A stretch of DNA of 64,000 nucleotides from Lama guanicoe. Lineage: Eukaryota. Of this stretch, positions 60,744-64,000 are shown in pieces. The position numbers were made by a program, and so were the translations under genes. The notes under the pieces are model-generated. The model searched no databases. It was not told where the DNA came from and saw only the letters and a list, made by a program, of their open reading frames with translations. The DNA is taken from positions 4,863,514-4,927,513 of the forward strand of contig MU054117.1 in NCBI GenBank assembly GCA_013239625.1. The letters run 5' to 3'. Within the stretch, counting starts at the first letter, position 1, and every line of letters begins with the position of its first letter.

Positions 60744-63488
60744 ATGCGGGAGGCTCATTTCCCGGTCTGGCTGTTTCTGCAACTGCTATGGGTGGCTGCA
60801 GGTAAGGGGGGGATGGCCCTCTGGGGGGGGGTTGCCCTCCAGACCCACAGCAAGGGGTCAGTAGGGATCTCTCAATCGCTACACAGATGCCAAATTCTTA
60901 GATTAGGTGCCTTTCTTGGGGCAGTCCTTCAGAACCTCTCTTTAGTTTCCCCCTTGGCAGGGAAGGGACAGAAACCCAAGGTCTTCCTCAGCCCTGTTTC
61001 TCCCTAGGGAAACACTACGTCTCTTTCTCTACCTTGAAGTCTCTTGACTCATGGCCCCTCCTCTTGGCCTCTCTTTTCCTCCCCAGTGGAGGCTCCAGAC
61101 CCTGGGGCAGAGGTCCCGGTGGTGTGGGCCCAGGAGGGGGCTCCTGCCCAACTCCCCTGCAGCCCCACAATCCCCCCCCAGGATCTCAGCCTTCTGCGAA
61201 CAAGACATGTCACTTGGCAGCATCTACCGGACAGGTATGCATCCCAAACTGGGGCACCAGGACCCCCAAATCCAGCAGCAAAGGCATCTGGACCCACAAT
61301 CCAAGGCCCAAGCCAGTCCTCCGCGTTCTCCCCTGAGCTGTCAGGCTCTCTGAAGCCAGTGGCTCAGCCTCCCCGGCCGCCCCTGCTGCACTCCTCCGCC
61401 AGCCTTTCCTCCGCTGAAGGTCCCCTCACACCTATGTCCCAGAACATGCCTGGCTCTCCAGTAGTGGATGGTGCTGGCCCTACGGGAGTTGGGGACGAGA
61501 CGACTAGCGACCCAGAGATCCTCCCTTTGGGTGGGCTTCCTCATCCTCAGAGCGTGGTTGGGCTGCCTCTTCCCCGGGGCTTCCTCCCCCTCGGGTTTCT
61601 CAGTCCCATCTCGCTCCGTCCCAGTGGCCCCTCGGCGCCCTCCGCCCGGGGCCCGGGGCCCCGCGTCTACACGGTGCTGAGGCTGGCTCCCGGAGGCCTG
61701 CGCATCGGGAGGCCGCCCCTGCAGCCCCGCGTGCAGCTGGAAGAGCGCCGCGTCCAGCGTGGGGACTTCTCGCTGTGGCTGCGCCCGGCCCGACGCGCCG
61801 ACGCCGGCGAGTACCGCGCCGCGGTGCTCCTCGGGGACCGCGCCCTCGCCTGCCGCCTCCGTCTGCGCGTGGGCCAGGCGGCGGGTAGGTCGGGGAGGGA
61901 CGAGGGGAGCCGGGCTGGGAGGAGGGCGCCCCATTCCCCGCCGCCCCGGAGGCAGGAAGGGCTGAGCAGAGTCTGTGCTTCAAGGATGCGCCCTAGGCCC
62001 TGCTGGAGAACCCCCAGCAGAGGGGCGGAAGGGGGTGGTGAGCCTGCTGGCGGGTGGATGGTGCCCCCAGAGAAGCACGTGGGGGGGGGCCTTGTGGAGA
62101 GATTGTATCACCCCTTGAGCTCCCCTTCCCCCACCCACAGCGGGAGTGCCAGGGTGGAGGAGGGGCGGCACCCCTTGGAGAGGAGAGTGCAGGGCTGGAG
62201 TGACTCAGTTCAGACATCTGTCTCTCGGGTAGAGTGGGAGTGGGGGTTGGGTTAGTGGGGAACCTCAAGCAAGACCTGGAGAAGGGGAGGGGGAGACCAT
62301 GCCAAGTAAACTGGGGGGGAGGGGCAGGAGGGAAGTAGGCAGGAGACTCCTGGGTATCCATTTTAAGCACCTCCAGGCACCGCGCTGGTTGGGTGGGTGC
62401 GCTGGAGGACAGTTGGAAGGGAGAAGACAAAGAGATCTATAGCAAGGTACTTGTTTCCAGGAGCTTCCAGCTTAGGTGGCCTGCTGTGCTGGGAAAGTTG
62501 GCCTGATAACCTTCTCTGTCCTTGTGCAGTGACTGCCATGCCCCCAGGGCCTCTCTGGACCTCCAGTTGGGTCATTTTGAACTGCTCCTTCAGCCGCCCT
62601 GACTCCCCGGCCTCTGTGCACTGGTTCCGGGGCCGAGGCAGAGTCCCTCTTCAGGAGTCCCCCCATTATCACTTAGCTGGAAACTTCCTCTTCCTGCCCC
62701 AAGTCAGCCCCTTGGACTCTGGGGCCTGGGGCTGCATCCTCACCTACAGAGATGGCTTCAATGTCTCCATCACGTACAACCTCACTGTTCTGGGTAACTC
62801 CTCCACTCTGCCTTCACACTTGACCACAACCCCTTCCTGCCCCCCATCACCTCCCCCGTACTTATAAGCCCCCAAACCAGTTCTCCGGCAGTGATGCCAC
62901 CTGTGATTGCAGTGGGCCTCACTGTCCCACCCCTTCCTTTCTCTTTTCCTTTGCAGCCTTTCAGCGCCTTCTCCCCTTCTAGCTTTTCCCTTGGCCATCC
63001 AGCCTCACTTGCTAGCCTTTGGTGTCCTGCTGGCCCACCTGCATTCTGGGGTTCTGAGCATCTTCAGTGTTTCCATCTTATTCTGCCCCTTAACACTCTT
63101 CAGAGATGGACCACCTCTTTCACGCTTCTGCCTCCCTTCCCTGCAGACCCAGCAGTCCAGAGCCTCTGCACATTCCTCTCCACTTTAACTCGGGGTTCCC
63201 TCTTCTCTCCAGGTCTGGAGCCCGCAGTCCCTCTGACAGTGTACGCTGGAGCTGGTTCCCAGGTGGAGCTGCCCTGCCACCTGCCTCTAGATGTGGGAAC
63301 CCAGTCTTCCCTCACTGCCACATGGGCCCTTCCTGGAGGAGGCCCTGACCTCCTGGTGGCTGGAGACCATGGCAACTTTACACTTCGACTGGAGGCTGTG
63401 GGCCAGGCCCAGGCTGGGACCTACACCTGCCGTGTCCATCTACAGAGGCAGCAGCTCAGTGCCACTGTCACTTTGGCAGTCATCACAG
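60744..63488 (+). CDS. LAG3: Lymphocyte activation gene 3 (CD223), partial: signal peptide and Ig domains D1-D3
   Basis: Exons 60744-60801, 61087-61234, 61625-61884, 62530-62793, 63213-63488 with GT..AG and consistent phases. Motifs GAEVPVVWAQEGAPAQLPCSP, QRGDFSLWLRPARRADAGEYRAAV, WVILNCSFSRPD, LTVYAGAGSQVELPC. Gene continues beyond the window. Confidence 0.97.
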
Positions 63489-64000
63489 GTCAGCCCCAGA
63501 TGGGAAAGGACAGGGAGGAAAGGCTGGCTGGGCAAAGACTGGGCCAGTCCACTTCATGATGCCAGGCCATGGGGCACAGGTTAGAGGGGCTGCCCCTTGT
63601 ACCTCCTCTTTTCTCGCCCCCATATAATGAACTGAAACTGAAAATCTCCCCTGAGTCATTGGATGAACGTCCCACTCTTTTGTAAGGGACTCCCCTGCTC
63701 TGAATTGGGCGGAGGGTCTGAGAAGTTAGGAGGAGAGGTGGCAAAAGTTCGAATGGTTCAAAAGAGACGGAGTACATTTTAAGAGTCCTTGTCCATGTTG
63801 GGGTCAGGGCTTGGGGTAAAGTTGCAGGAAATGACCTGGATTTGGGAGGAGTTAATAAATCAGTCCCTTAGTCGGCAAATATTTACCGAGTGAGGGCTTT
63901 TCAAGACAGTCTTAAAACAAGCACAGGAAAAAAACTCAGAAAGTATGTGCTGATTGATCGGTAACTATCACAGCTTGGCTGCCACTGCAGTGCTCGCCTG

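Overview
Mammalian genomic DNA containing the conserved gene cluster PIANP(-, 5' part), COPS7A(+, complete, 275 aa), MLF2(-, complete, 247 aa), PTMS(+, complete, 102 aa) and LAG3(+, exons 1-5). About 14 copies of a tRNA-Ala-derived vic-1-like SINE suggest a camelid host (inference). I traced all coding exons by hand between GT..AG splice sites and the reading frames close. AT-rich, transposon-dense blocks (L1, L2, MIR, MER58, MER3/33-like, Tigger1-derived) fill about 4.2-23.4 kb, 31.3-35.1 kb and 45.5-50.5 kb. I see no CRISPR, no genuine tRNA/rRNA gene and no convincing wholly new gene. The best leads are: a shortened LAG3 D1 extra loop with a stop-free, in-frame intron at that loop; near-perfect tandem duplications in PTMS intron 1 and the LAG3 5' leader; a motif-dense hidden promoter upstream of PTMS; uORFs in PIANP and MLF2; a palindrome starting at the MLF2 stop codon; and several nested or chimeric retrotransposition events. 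Comparisons with human proteins and repeat consensi are from memory and need confirming by alignment.
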